This document shows, in pieces, positions 48,332 through 61,790 of a stretch of 64,000 bases of DNA. The stretch spans positions 19,373,247-19,437,246 of the forward strand of contig NC_081385.1 in assembly GCF_030684315.1 (NCBI RefSeq), in the 5' to 3' direction. The notes below the pieces were generated by a model that saw only the letters and a program-made list of their open reading frames with translations, ran no database searches and was not told the origin of the DNA. The first letter of the stretch is position 1. Every line of letters begins with the position of its first letter. The position numbers were made by a program, and so were the translations under genes. Source of the DNA: Stegostoma tigrinum (lineage: Eukaryota).

Positions 48332-48568
48332 ATGGTTGAGAAGACAAAGTTGGCACCACGTTTCTCTGACAGGAACCTGGAGGCCTACATTGATAGGGTG
48401 GTGCAAAGAAGAGAAGCCCTCTTCCTGGGGAACTGACTGAAGAAGCTGCACCATGGGATGATGCCAACTTGGTTGGAGGTCACCATGTGGGGCACTGTCA
48501 TCTTAAGCACACTGAAGAGAGACCTGCAGCGAAGAAAGAAGGTCAATCACTTTCCCTGCTCCACCAGG
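48332..48568 (+). pseudogene. Harbinger/PIF-type Myb/SANT-like DNA-binding protein remnant
   Basis: MVEKTKLAPRFSDRNLEAYIDRVVQRREALF..*..PTWLEV..RDLQRRKKVNHF resembles the APRFS..LF..W.EVA..QCRKK.NDL pattern; in-frame stop. Confidence 0.6.
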
Positions 48569-49814
48569 TTAAGCATCAAACTTGGCTGTCTGGTAACTCA
48601 CATTCATTCTATCTCTGCCAGTGCACTCACCTCCCACTAAGGTTAATGCTTTAATGCTCCCTCTGTTGCATGTAACATCTTCCCTCGCTCATTCCCGTGC
48701 CTAAAAGCCTCATCAGTGCAATGAATCATGCAAACGCACCACTACTCGGTTGGCAGCTGTCATAGTGACAGACCCAGCACCCTTAGGGAATGCTGGAGTT
48801 ACACACAGATTTGAAGTCCTTCAGCCCATATATTGGCCCCTTGCATCAAAGGCATGGTGACAGTGGAGTGAGGAAGGTTGACCCTCAATCAAGGTGCCCC
48901 TCACAAGGAGACAGGGCAATGCCAGGAGGCACGCAGTCAGAGAAGGAAGTGCCTACAGACTCCATGGCAGTTTCCACTCATGAACTGCAGAAGAGGCCCC
49001 CACTGCACTAACCCTTGGAAGGCCAAGCTGAAGATGTTCAAGCTGCTTCTATTTAGTTACTAAGTGACAAACACTTTATAAATGTCTGTGTTTTCACCAT
49101 TCATGTACTTGTCAGTTTCTCTCTTAGCTCTGTCACACCCTCCCACATCAATTCATCAAGATAAAACCCACTGGATAGGGGTCAGTGCTGATTACCCACA
49201 GCATCATATGGGAGCATGGGGAACAAAGTGTGTACATGACATTGGATTGTACCAGCAACATCTAAGGTATTCTTCATTCAACCTCCCTTCTATTCAGCTG
49301 GCTGTGTGTGTGAAAACGTGTCTCTCAGTGACATCCTCAACAGTCGCTATGTTAGGGACATGCAACAGCGAGAGGGTCATTGCTGTAGGATGGCCAGCGG
49401 CCATGCAGCTGCACTGCCGATGGCCCCAACAGAGCGTAGATTTTTAAACAATTTACTCCCCCTAGAAAAATCTTATGATCCCTGGTTGGTACAACCTCCT
49501 TTATCATACATCTAGTCGTGTACCAGATCTCTATCAGGGTGCCCCCCGCAGCCATTTTCCTCCCATTGCACACTTTCTATTTCCAATAGGATGGAAGGTG
49601 ACAGTGAGTGCCCCTCTGCCAGTAACTTCCAGCCTCGGGTTGAATATGTCACAGGGACCCCAGATATCCATGTCTCTAACCTCATAACCCATCCTGTTTA
49701 CTCCACAGGTTTCACACTTGCCTAGGTCCCCCTCCCCATCTGTCTACATACCCTTCCCACACCGCTCTTGGCATATGAGGTGACTGTGCTCAACATCATA
49801 TATTTACATCATTG

Positions 49815-51257
49815 TTAGCCACGGGTCAGGTCCTGGAAGACTGGAGGGTAGCAAATGCTGTGCCCTTATTCATGAAGAGTTGTAAAGTAAAACCTGGGAA
49901 TTGTAGACCATAAAGCTTAACATCTGTGGTAGAAGATCTGAGGGATAAAATATACATGCTTGTGGAAAGGATTTGATTAGGAGTAGTCAAGATGGCTTTT
50001 TGCGTGGGAGATCATGACTCACAACTTTATTAGAGTTCTTTGAAGTGACCACAGAAGTTGATGATGACAGGGTGGTAGACATATGGATTTCCACATGGCC
50101 TTTGATAAATTTCCACAAGGCAGGCTGCTCTAAAAGGTTAGATCGCAACCCAGGGAAAGTTGGCAAAATTGATGCAGATTGGCTTGACGGTGGGAAGCAG
50201 ACAGTAACAGTGGAAGTTTGCTTGTCAGACTGGAGGCCTGTGACTAGAGGTGTGCCTCAGAGGTCACTACTGAGCCCATTGTTGTTTGCCATCTGTATCA
50301 ATGATTTGAATGAGAAAGCACAAGGCATGATTCATAAAGTCGCAGATGACACTAAAATAGATGGAATTGTGAACAGTGAGGAAAGTTATCAAAAATTGCA
50401 GCAGAACCTTGATCACCTGGGAAGTGAGCCAAGAAATGGCAAATGGAGTTTAATATAGATCCGTGCGACATGTTGCATTTTGGAAAGTCAAATCAAGCCA
50501 GGAGTTTCATGGTGAATGGTAGGGCCTGAAGGAGTGTCGTGGAACAGTGGGGTTTTGAATTTCAGGAGCATGGTTCTCTGAAAGAGTTGTCACAGATACA
50601 CAGGGTGATGAAGAAGACTTTTGGCACATTGGCCTTCAATAGTCAGGGCATTGAGTATAGACGTTGGAAAGTTATGTTGCAGTTGTACAAGACATTCGTG
50701 AGGCCACACTTGGGGTATAGTGTTCAATTTTGGTCACCTTTCAAATGAAGGATGTTATTAAACTGGAAAGAGTGTAGAAGAAATTTAAAAGGATGTTGCC
50801 AGGATTCAAAGGGCTAAGTTACACGGAGAGTTTGGACAAGCTAGGGTGTTTTTCTTTAGAGCATAGGAGACTAAGGGAGTTCTTATGGAAGTGAATAAGG
50901 TCATGGAAGGCATGGATAGGGCGAATGCACTCAGTCTTTTTCTCAGGATAGGGAATCGATGACCAGATGGCATCAGTTTAGGGTGAGAGGGGAAAGAATA
51001 CATGGGAATCTGAGGAACAACGTTTTACACAGAGGGTGGTATGCAAATGGAATGAGCTGTCAGCAGAAATATTTGTAGCAAGTATATAAAAACATTTGAA
51101 GGGCGTGTAGACGAAGACAGGGTTAGGAAAGTTTTAGAAAGATATCAGCCATGTTCAGGGAAATGAAGTTAGTGTGAATGGACATTTTGATCAGCTTGGA
51201 TCATTATGGGCTGAAGGGTCTGTTTCTGTGGCGTAGGACTATATGACTCTATGATTA
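49815..51257 (+). mobile_element. CR1 LINE RT/3' fragment, degraded
   Basis: PEDWRVANAVPL, RGVPQRSLLSPLLF, VADDTK, LQLYKTFVRPHLGYSVQFWSP, tail GACTATATGACTCTATGATT. Confidence 0.9.
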
Positions 51258-52201
51258 TTCTCATCCATGTGAGGCCAGGGTGTTTCTGACTGTCGGTGAC
51301 TCCCCACACCTCCTGCTTTGCTCTTTTCTGAACCCTGCTTTGTCACATCTCCCTTTTGCAGATCCTGTTTCACCTCCCCACAACAGTTTCCCATCCTTGC
51401 CCAGAATCTGAAGGTCTTGGTCACAAAGGCCAACCTAACAAAGTGCGGTTCGACAGTACCAGTGCAGTTCCCTTTCCCCCCACCCTTTTATTTGGACAGA
51501 CCACCCATGCCTCACACTGGAGTGACCTGACCAGTCAGCATCAGCTGGGAAAGAGCCCAGAGCTCAGACTGGTGGCCACACACATTCAGGGCTGCAATCG
51601 GCCTCCCTCCACCAGGCTGGAAGCAAAGGATTGGCTGTAACCTGCTCAATGGATCACACAGGCATGAACCCCGCTGACTGGATATCAGACTGTGGCAGGT
51701 CCCCTGGGACTGCTACAGGAGGCTACCTTTTACTAATTGTGCTGGGAACCCCTGACCAATGGCTGCACCCTTGGTCTTCACAGGCGACGATCTGTCCATG
51801 CTGATTTCTTGGTGCAGATGCAGAGTGTTTGGCGCATAAGCTTCTGGCACACGATGCAAGTGCAACATTGACGTGACATACTGACACAGATGTAGACGTA
51901 CAGCCCCTTAACTCAGGATTACTGAACAGCATGGCAAGCTGCCGGGTTGAGTCCCTGCACTAATTGGCAACGCAAGGCAAAGCATTTGTGCTGCAATCAT
52001 GCCAATGGGTGCTAAGTGAATGCCAATTGGTGCTAACATACCAAGTGATTCAGCAGGGTCAAAAGCTGTGAGCTGAGTGCCTGTGCGTGCAGCAGCCTTT
52101 CAGTGCTAGTTGTCAGTAGGTGCTGCAATGCTAAACTAATATCCTACAGCAGTTTCAAGCCAAAGATTAGCCTTAATTGTCTACAGGCAAAATTTGTCTC
52201 T

Positions 52202-52224
52202 CACACACGCACACACACACACAC
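52202..52224. repeat. short (CA)n microsatellite
   Basis: CACACACGCACACACACACACAC. Confidence 0.85.
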
Positions 52225-52805
52225 AGGAGGAGATCCTGTGTTGGAGAACTGCTGGCCAATCTGAAGGGCACCCTTTCCTAACACTGGCCCACAACAGTAG
52301 AAGCCTCCCTGCCCTAATGCAAATAATGGCGGAGTTTGCATAAGGCATTGAATTGGCCAGACTGGGGGTCAGCCAGCCTGAAATCTCCTTAAAATTGAAG
52401 AGAGAGCTCAGGAGTGGGTAAGACAGCAAAAGCATACATTGCTATTTATGATCTCCCAGCTTCAATTACTCTACCGTAGGACTGTAAAATACAGCCCATA
52501 GTTAAAGACAATCTCGAAAGGGAAGTTGAAGTATAGAATGGGAAAAAAAACCTAATCCACCAACTCGTGTTGATTTTACATTTAACATCACCTATAAAAC
52601 CACAAATTAATTCAACCTCATCCAGACTCAAAGTAAAAGTAATCAAACGGTGCAAAACAAAACAAGTGGGCCGGACATCACTGTGTACAAATAATTAATC
52701 TTTCTCTTTCTTTTTCCTTTAGGCGAGTTACGCAGATCAGATTTAATTATCATATATCAACATGTAGCATCCTTTCAGATCTTAGGCTGCTATTGCGTGT
52801 GAACT

Positions 52806-52819
52806 GTTACCATAGTAAC
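52806..52819. promoter_or_regulatory. candidate RFX X-box
   Basis: GTTACCATAGTAAC fits the RFX palindrome GTNRCCATRGYAAC, within non-repetitive sequence. Confidence 0.45.
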
Positions 52820-54250
52820 TGTAGAGGCTTATGACCCTGCAGTTCTCTGCTGAGGCTTGGTGTATTCCTGCTGCCCTCCATCAAGGTGTTTCTCTGACAA
52901 CACTTACACTGTGCAAATCTCATTGTGTATCTTATCTGTGCTTGGTTTACATTTGATAGGCTAGAGACTTGTATCACGTCAATTACATTCAGCTTGTGTT
53001 TGGGTCAACTGGGAGTGCAGACATTACTGTGCAGGAAGATGACTAATGAGAGACAGCTTAATTGTTGATTGGAAGCCAAGCTCAAAAGTAAATGCCAAAT
53101 GTTTAAAGATTGCACCTGCTCATGAAGACCTCTACAGCTTGAAAAGTTGAAGGGACATTCTGCTTATTTGGCATAAGCTGTATTTACAAGCTCTAACAAT
53201 GCTTCAGTTGTCTTATGCGCTTGTACTAGTTAACCTTCAAGTAGAAAAAAACAATGTAATAGCCTTCCTGAAATTTATAGGGGTCTGGGGATAGAATCAT
53301 AGGCTCTGAAGGCAATGGAAGGTTGAAGGCTATAGTGTTGAGCTTGGCAGTTTCCTATTCCCATCCAAATCTACCGATTTCTCTCTCTCCAGTGTCACTG
53401 GCAGTCTAATTTAAATGGAAAAACATGGCCGTATTTACCAGGGCACAAAATACCTTAAAGTTAAATGGAGGCAGGAGCTTCCACCTCCTGTCGGTAAATT
53501 TGCTTTACAACATTCTATGTAAGCTGAAGGAGCAGGAGAAACCTGACCTCTCTTCTCCTGGTCATGGCTCCTGCTCCCTGGAAAGGTTAACTCATCTAAC
53601 TCCACTCACCCATGATCTCTGGCTTTTCCCCCATTCACAGTTCTCTATCAAAACCCAAACCTTCCTTGCCTCACCATGACTGAGATCCCTTCATATCACC
53701 AAACTGCTTTTTTTCAAATGCCAGGGAACTTCCCAAACAACTACTGACAGTGAAGTTGTGTCAATTGCTTTCCAAGCTTATCCATGAACTTGCATTCATT
53801 CTACAGTTGTTAACTTGAGAATTGAAGAAAATGGTACTGAGGTTCTGGGATCTGTGCTTTCCCAAAATTTACTAACAGCACATCCTCCTTTCAGCCACCT
53901 GTCAGCCTCCATTCCCAAGCTTCCTTGGTCCCCTCTCTGCCTTCCGCTCAATACTAAGGCCAATGTTTCTGGACAAGTTCAAGCCCATAGCTAAGCATTA
54001 AGTTGATTCACTGTCTCTGCTAACCAGACTATTGTGACAATTATCTCCTAACCTTTGGACAACAGAGAGGGAGATTTCGATAATATAGCCATATGCCACT
54101 TCAGAATCAGTACTTCATTCAGGTACTGAGCACATAGAGGTTCCAACCACAGTGCCACCCACCCGACTCCCAAGTTATTATTTTATTATCAGGGTGTTTA
54201 CTAAAAGAGTTTGATTCTTTGTAAGGTTTAATAGACTGAGTCAAAGTTAT

Positions 54251-54419
54251 TGGTAAGATTACTTTTATTTAATATTTAATGAATGATAAACATGCATAGA
54301 CATAGTAAGAGGCTATACACAGCATCATCTCTTTTCAGTGTCTCTTTATCATGTGATCTGATACATCACTACTAATTGTAGGCTATTCACATATTTGAAT
54401 AGTATCCCTTTACCTTACA
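54251..54419 (-). mobile_element. possible short solo LTR
   Basis: Minus strand begins TGTAAG and ends CTTACCA, with AATAAA ~12 nt before the end; no TSD seen. Confidence 0.3.
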
Positions 54420-55944
54420 ATTGCTACATTCAGGTTAATAACTTGATTACTTAAGTTATTTTAGAAATTAGCTTATGACTACATTGTCATTTTACAATAT
54501 ACCTAACCTTCATCACTGAAGTTTTGTTTATTTTTTATTAAATCACATATTTTCAATCCCTTTCCCCCTAATGTTGTAAACCAAATCCTGCTCCATTCAC
54601 AGTGTTAGAATAAGCACTGTGCCTTGCCTTTGTCACCTACAGTTTTAACTTCTAAATCATTCTGTCATCTGAGGTACTCATGTATTCTCTGGTCTTTTCT
54701 AATATGATTGCAGTATGTAACTTGACTTCTGCCATTCTATGTATTTAAATACCTTGAAAGAACATCATTTAAACGAAAATAATGTTATTAATATTCCATT
54801 AATTCAAGTGTATAAAATAGCATAATCATAGTTTAATAAGGTTAAATCATACCTTGCTTAATCAGCTTTAAATGTATTGTGAACTCCTTCTCAGTGAATG
54901 CTGATAAATGTTTCCAATTATATTGTTTATAGTCATTTCACATTTGATAATATGTGATAGTGTAAATTTCAGAACTTTAATAAGCATTCATGGATTAAAA
55001 GAATCAACAAAAATAAACAGTTATAGATGAAAGGAGTAGCAATAACTCTGTCTAGAATAAGCTATTAAGGACAAGGACAAATTTTTACAGGAATTGAAAG
55101 AAATTAGCCTTGGCTGGCAGAAGAAGGAGACGAAGATACAGGAACAAAACTGTTTTGACATCTGCTTGTTAACTGACTGCTTTATTGCTACAAAGACAAC
55201 TGATTGCCTTGTAGAAGAATTTAACGAGTTAATCTGAGGGAAGCTATGTCTTTAAACGGACAATCAATGCCAGATGTAACAAGGAACAGTGAAGCTACTT
55301 CTGATAAGAAGGCAAGGTATAGACTTGTAGTTTGGTGGAAGAAAGAATGTAAGCAGTCATCAATAATATCATATCAAAGACACGGAGGTCGAAAATATGT
55401 ATACGAATTCAACACCAGGACCCTTCATTAGCAGCACTTTGAAGAACAATATTGCACAAGGATCAAACCCTGGACACTCCCAGAAACAGATACTCTCAGT
55501 TGGAATTTTGTAGCTAAATTCTACCGTTAATCAGGTCATAGCCAAGTTGATGTGTGAGGGTTAACTTCCTTACTTGAGGAGTCTCATTTTGGCTACTACA
55601 TGCAATAAAGTTTAAATCATTGTTTCAGTAATCGATTGTCTGAGATTTCTTATTAAGTAGCTGAATTAAGGTAACTTGTGGCAATTTACCCACAACAAGA
55701 ACATGGTTGTGCTGTGGCTCAAAATGACTTTTTGATGTTCTCTTTATTGCAACTTGTAGAACGTCTTCAGTCATATCTGGAATGCTGAGAAATGTCAGTC
55801 TTTCTTCAGTTAATTAACTCTCCTTCCAATACAAAGTTTTATAAGGTTTTTGAAAGATACATTATAGTTGTACTCAAATAAACATGCAACAGAAGCAGAA
55901 ACCGAACATTCTTTCAAATTCATTCATAGCATGTAGGTGACATT

Positions 55945-57200
55945 GAGTCATCAAGTCATACAGCCATATAACATCGAAACAGACCTTTCAATCCAACTCA
56001 TCCATGCTGATTAAATTTCCCACCTAAGCTAATCCTACTTGCCTGCATTTGGCCCATATCCCTCTAAACCTTTCTTATTCAAACACCTCTTAAATACTGT
56101 AACTGTGCATCGTTCTATCACTTCCTTTGGCAGATTATTCCACATACAAACCACCCTCTGTGTGAAAATATTACCCCTCGGGTCCTTTTAAATCTTTCTT
56201 CTCTCAGCTTAAAAATATAACCCTAGCCCTGAACTCCCCCATGCAAGGGAAAAGACCTTTAGTATTCACCTAATCTATGGTCCCTCATGATTTTATAACC
56301 ATCTGTAATGTCACCACCCCTCAAACTCCTTTCCTCCAGGGCAAAAAGTTCCAGACAATCTTTATCGCTCAGATTCTCCAGTCGTGGCAACATCCTGGTG
56401 ATATTTTTTTCTGAACCCTCCCCAATTTAAAAATATCCTTCCTACAGTAGGGCAACCAAAACTGCACACAGTACTCCAAAGTGGCCTCACCAACATCCTG
56501 TACAAACTAATGACATCTTAACTCTTATACCTAATGGCCTGAGCAATGAAGAAAAACATGCAAAACACCTCCTTAACCATCCTGACTACCTGTGATGCAG
56601 CTTTTAATGAACTATATTGCTGAATCCCTAAGCCTCTCTGCTTGACAACTCTATTCAAAGCCCTTCCATTAATTATATATGTCCTGCACTCGTTTGTTTT
56701 ACCAACCTGACCAGTCTCATTTCCCAGTACCAGGTCCATTATGGCCCCCTCCATCATTGGGCTATTGTCATACTATTTCAAAAAACCCTCCCATGCACAC
56801 CCTACAAATTGGTCCCCATCCAAACCCCTGGCACTAAGGGAGCCCCAGTCAATGTAGGGAAAGTTAAAATCACCCTGCACATTAACCCTGTTACTTTCAC
56901 ATCTTTCCAGAATCTGACTGTATAATTCTTACTAAAACTCTTGCTGACAGCTGTTAGGTCTGTCGTACAACACCAGCATTGTGATTGAACCCTTCCTATT
57001 CCTTAGTGCTAACCCTAATGTCTAATTTCAAGATCCTTCCAGCGTGTCCTCCCTAAAAACAGCTGTGATATGCTCCTTTACCAGTAATGCAGCTCTCCCA
57101 CCTCCTTTGCTTCCTCCTCTGCCTCATCCAAAATATCAATATCCTGTCCTTCTTTCAACTATGCCTCTGTGATAGTAACAACATCATTCTTACATCAGTT
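55945..57200 (-). mobile_element. CR1 LINE 3' part joined to EN fragment by a large internal deletion
   Basis: ORF 56518-56757 joins EN motif EGAIMDLVLGNETGQV directly to RT C-terminal GKTNECRTYIINGRAL..QRGLG. Confidence 0.85.
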
Positions 57201-57329
57201 CTCCTGCATTTCCTGTTATACTTCTTGCAATGAAGCAAGTGTGGTGTTGCCTGACACCACTGAGCTCCTTTGCCAATATCACTGCCTCAGTCTTGCTGCA
57301 GCGCTGCAGAGATGTTCACCACAAGCCAG

Positions 57330-57990
57330 AAGACGAGCAATACATTTTCAGCTTGCAGACCCCTTCCAGACTCAATACCGAATTCAATCATTTTAGTGCC
57401 TGAGCTCCTTCTCCCACATCCTTTCCCAACCCCCAACACCAGACTTTGTCATCACATGGATTGCTTCCACAACCAATGCATCGTCAGCTACTAATAATCC
57501 CCATGAGCAGCTAATGATTCTTCAGGCTGACCTTTACCCATTCCTTTGTCTACCCAACTGTTGTTCTCTCTCTCTCTGGGATCCATTTACACCAATCATT
57601 TATTCAGAGGTAGTAGGAACTGCAGATGCTAAAGTCTGAGATAACACAGTGTGGAGTTGGAGGAACACAGCAGGCCAGGCAGCATCAGAGGAGCAGGAAA
57701 TTTGACGTTTTGGGTCAGGACTCTTCTTCAGAGAAAGGGAGAAGGGTCCCAATGTAAAACGTCAGCTTTCCTATTCCTCTGATGCTGCCTGGCTGCTGCA
57801 TTCCTCCAGCTCCACACTGAGTTATCTCTGATCATTTATTTCTTCCTTACCTATTCCTCAACATGCATACCAACATTTTCCCAGCAACAATCCGTTCTGA
57901 AGAAGGGTTACTGAACCATAAATGCTAACGCATCTTTTGCTCATATATGTTGCCAGACTTGCTGAGTTTTTCCATCAATTTCTATTTTAG
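57330..57990 (+). mobile_element. old Penelope-like 3' region (subfamily B)
   Basis: EERAIHFQLADPFQ..IQSF corresponds to a degraded EQHLIFRLGTLQP..NIEFNNF; degenerate hammerhead TTCTGAAGAAGGGTTACTG at ~57895. Confidence 0.65.
57605..57830. mobile_element. Penelope-like fold-back mini-insertion nested in older Penelope, 10-bp TSD
   Basis: TSD ATCATTTATT at 57595-57604 and 57831-57840; inverted pLTR arms meeting at the hammerhead core. Confidence 0.88.
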
Positions 57991-58041
57991 TTCTTAAATT
58001 CACTAGTTTGCTAAATCAATAAAGCCATAGTTCAAAGCCTC

Positions 58042-58280
58042 TTTTTAAATTTCAGAAATATACTTTATTCATAATATCATCTGTAAGTGCAGACAAGGTT
58101 TTAAATCATACCTGTATAATCATTGCAGAGTACTAATCAAAAACAATACAGTAGAATTTTGGCATTTCTCTGAGCTTCTGTACAGTTGAAAAAAAAACAA
58201 TTATGCAGCTAACTATATATGTTCATTCTACGTTATCAAGAGGGTCTGACAGCCGAACAGACCCTTGTAATACTTTTCTC
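58042..58280 (-). mobile_element. possible Tx1/L1-like LINE 3' UTR remnant
   Basis: Minus strand ends ATGAATAAAGTATATTTCTGAAATTTAAAAA (polyA signal + A tail). Confidence 0.35.
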
Positions 58281-59914
58281 AAACCCTTTTATGATCTGCA
58301 TGAAGTTTACAATCACTCACATAGCTGCTTGTTGCTGGTGTTGAATGTAGGCCTGCATCTGGAGACCAGCTGGCTGCAGTGTCCACCCCTCGATGATGTC
58401 TTCTCCTCTCATATCCCAGTCACACACCTCAGCCTGAGGTGTAGATTCGGTTCACAGCTCGCTTGATTATCTGGCCTTAAATGCGCCTTTATTATCATCA
58501 TTCAGTCTCCTGAGCTATGCAGAGCAGCAAACTCAAAGACATTTGCTTATCATTTTCTATGCTGTGTATATAGCGAAAGATAACACAATTTCCCCTGTAG
58601 CAATAGACACTTTGCTTGTAGCCTGTTCAGGTGACGATGCTCCTTCCTTTCTTGGCAGGTTCTGTTAGTAATGCATACATTGTCCAGAAGTTCAGGTTCT
58701 TCGGTTAGCTCATTCTTTCTGTGTACCTAAGTTAACTGTTAAATGTGTGTGGATGGGTGAGTGGCAGCAGTTTAAGTAAAATTTTTCTGGGATATTTAAA
58801 AAGTTTTCAAGGGTCCTTGTTTATTGTTTTGCGGGGTCTATGTTTGGTTTAACACTTTTTCATTCTCACTCATTCCTTCATTTGATGATATGCAGTCAGA
58901 TAATAACAATGGGAGGAATCTTCCCACACCCTAAACAATGTGGGCAATGACAAGAAAGCTGGGAAACTCACATGAGATCAATCTTAAGAAGATTCCCAAA
59001 CCTGAGAATCAAATGACTATTTTCCAAGCGCTAAATAGGGAGCCAAAATTCTCATGAGTTGGAGGTCAGAGACCCATTTACAAGTATTAGGATGCATTAA
59101 TATCCTCATTATGTCATTAGGATATCTCACCTCATTGCAATGCATTTTCACATTCTACCATCCTTGAGATAAAACAGTTCCCAATATGAAAGTCAGAGAG
59201 GTAACTTGACAACACCATTTCATTGTCTGCTCCTCTGGGCTTCCATCTTGGACAAGAGGTACTAAAACCCCAGGGTCCAGCCCAATGACTGCAAGGACCC
59301 TCCAACTACCAGGGCATTCAGGTCCCCAAAGGCAAAGCATGGTGCCAATTTCCCTGTGCAGGGCCCGTCATCTCTATACAATTGACAGAAACCAAGCAAG
59401 GCAGCTGCAAACTGCCAGCATTTGACCAGGTTCAAGACTGAACTCTAAAGATAGTGTGGCACTGGAAACCCTAGGAAGCCTTGGCATTGGTCATTACTGT
59501 GGCAAGCAAGAGAACATGGCAAGTAGGGGCAGGGGGGCTGGGCATTGGGGGCATGGAGGCATGGTAAGTAGGTGATGTGAGTTTGAGAAATTAGCTTGAG
59601 AAAACTCAGTCGGAGGCACAGAGAGAAACATTCCATGAAACTAACTAAAACTGACATCGCCTATTTGTGGTCTAATTCAGCATAATAGCTTCTGCATCAG
59701 CTTTGCTGGGTGGAGGATTTTGGCTGGCAAAAGCAGAATTAGAAGAATTCATCAATATTCTGTGTGACTGGGATTCTCAGATAAAAATTTACTTGCAGCC
59801 CCACATTTGTTGAAGGTTGATAAGTGAGTGGATGGGCAGCTGAGTATGTGGGTGAGTGAATCAATGGGTAGTTGTTTCAGGAGGCTGATTGGGTTGGAGG
59901 CATTTTTAGGGAAC

Positions 59915-60440
59915 TTGTTTTTTTTTTATTCATTAACTAGATATGTATGTCGCTGTGTGGCCAGTGTTTTTAGTCCATCCCTGGTTGCCCTTGAGAAGCT
60001 GGCGAGGCACTGCCTTTTTGAACCACTGTAGTCCATTCGATGTAAGTAGGCCACAATGCCATTACAGAGGAAGCTCCAGGATTTTGACCCAGCAACACTG
60101 AAAGAACGGCAATGTGCTTCCGAGTCAGGATGGCGAGTGGCTTGTAAGGGAACTTGTAGGGGGTGGTGTTTTCATGTATCTGTTGTCCTTGCCCTTCCAG
60201 ATGACATTGGTCATCAGTTTGGAACCTTAGTGAAATTCTACAGTGCAGCTTAAAGATGGTACACAATGCTGCTCTCAAGTGTCGGTGGTGAAGGGAGTGG
60301 ATATTTATAGATATGGGCTGCTTTGACCTGGATGGTGACAAACTTCTTGAGTGTTGTTGGAGCTGCACACATCTGGGTGAGTCAATATGCTATCACACTT
60401 GTGCCTTCTCAGTGGTAAACAGGAGATGAGCTCCTTGCTT
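59915..60440 (-). mobile_element. L2/Crack-like LINE 3' fragment
   Basis: INIHSLHHRHLRAALCTIFKLHCR; tail homologous to ~30300-30378 with T-run at 59918-59927. Confidence 0.8.
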
Positions 60441-60607
60441 CTATAATACTGCGCAACAATCCTGTTCTTGGACAGAAAGATTTGAACAAAGGTGATGTTT
60501 TATTGCTGCACTGACCTATTATTAGATCTTCATTGTATAATGCATCAAAGTCATATCAAATCAATGGGAGTTTAATATAAGAATAACAAACACACGCATA
60601 TATATAT

Positions 60608-60688
60608 TGCTGCCTGGTCTGCTTGTGTTCCTATAGCTCCACACTGTGTTGTCTCTGACTCCAGCATCTCAAGTTCTTGCTCCCTCTT
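60608..60688 (+). mobile_element. Penelope-like pLTR terminal fragment
   Basis: TGCTGCCTGGTCTGC..AGCTCCACACTGTGTTGTCTCTGACTCCAGCATC. Confidence 0.7.
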
Positions 60689-61439
60689 ATATATGATCAC
60701 ATTTCAAACAATTGTCACGTTGTAAATTCTGGCTGAAGTTGCCATTTCCGACTGTGGATTTCATTTTCCATTTTATTCAGGAGATGTACTGCAAACAGAT
60801 TTTATCAAATTCAAAGTAACAGGGAACAAATGAGTTTAAAATCAGGATTACTTGGGGATTTATACAAACTTAATGACAAATCTATCTAATTTTTGAGAAC
60901 ATAGTTAAGTTCATCTGAAGTGCTCATTCCTTGACTTATCTACTTATATGCTCAGAAAAGCAAATACTATATCTGATATGCAAATCAAAATCTAAGTGGA
61001 TTCCTAAAAATTCAAGCAATGCGATAGTACTGCAGACATATATAAATAAGGTACTTAGAGAACCTTAGGTGGAATTTCAATTACGAAAAGCAGCCCAATT
61101 TCATCTCATACTGTGCTGCATACTGTGTTCAGGAGCTCATTCTGGTAACCCTTACTTTGTCAAGATGGTACAGATGGCTATCTGATCAAGCACTGGCATC
61201 AATAGAATGGTAGAATGTAAATTTGCTAATTTCACAACAGTAGGGGCTCTGCTGGCCAACTAATACACACTCCCAGCAAATATATTCCTGCCCGGAAGTA
61301 TTCTGTGCCAGGTGTGTCTGAAAGTGGAGATGGCGAATTGGTGAAGGCCACACTGAAAATGTGTACTTTTACTCCCTGTAGAAAAATTTCTGACAATAAT
61401 CTGGAAGTTTATTTTTACATGTTAAAAAACTGGCTTGCA

Positions 61440-61790
61440 GAATGGCTAGTGTTATAAATGTAAAGAACTTGGCAGTCAATTTTCCCACAGTCAGCTCATA
61501 TAAACACAATGTGATGATGACAAGGTAATGTGCTTCGATGCATTGGACAGATAAATAATGGTTAGAACAGTGAAGAGTTCCCCTTCATTCAACTGAATAG
61601 CATCAGCAGAACTTTCACAGCCACCACAGAGCGAGGCCTGATTTAACATCTTATCTGTCATTTTGGCAGTGCAGCATTTCTTCAAAACTGCAACTGAGTG
61701 ACAGCCTGGAACTTTATTCTCAAGTGATTCCAGTGGAATTTGAACCTGCAACCTTCTGATTCAGAGGCTACAGTTCATCTCATGAGAGGC
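61440..61790 (-). mobile_element. DeuSINE-like SINE, old
   Basis: GAGGCCTGATTTAACATCTTATCTG..CAGTGCAGCATTTCTTCA..GGAATTTGAACCTGCAACCTTCTGATTCAGAGG; similar to 468-905. Confidence 0.6.

Noticed and set aside
58905-59770. Non-autonomous DNA transposon with GGGAGGAATC start
   Set aside because: Could not identify a matching terminal repeat or TSD.
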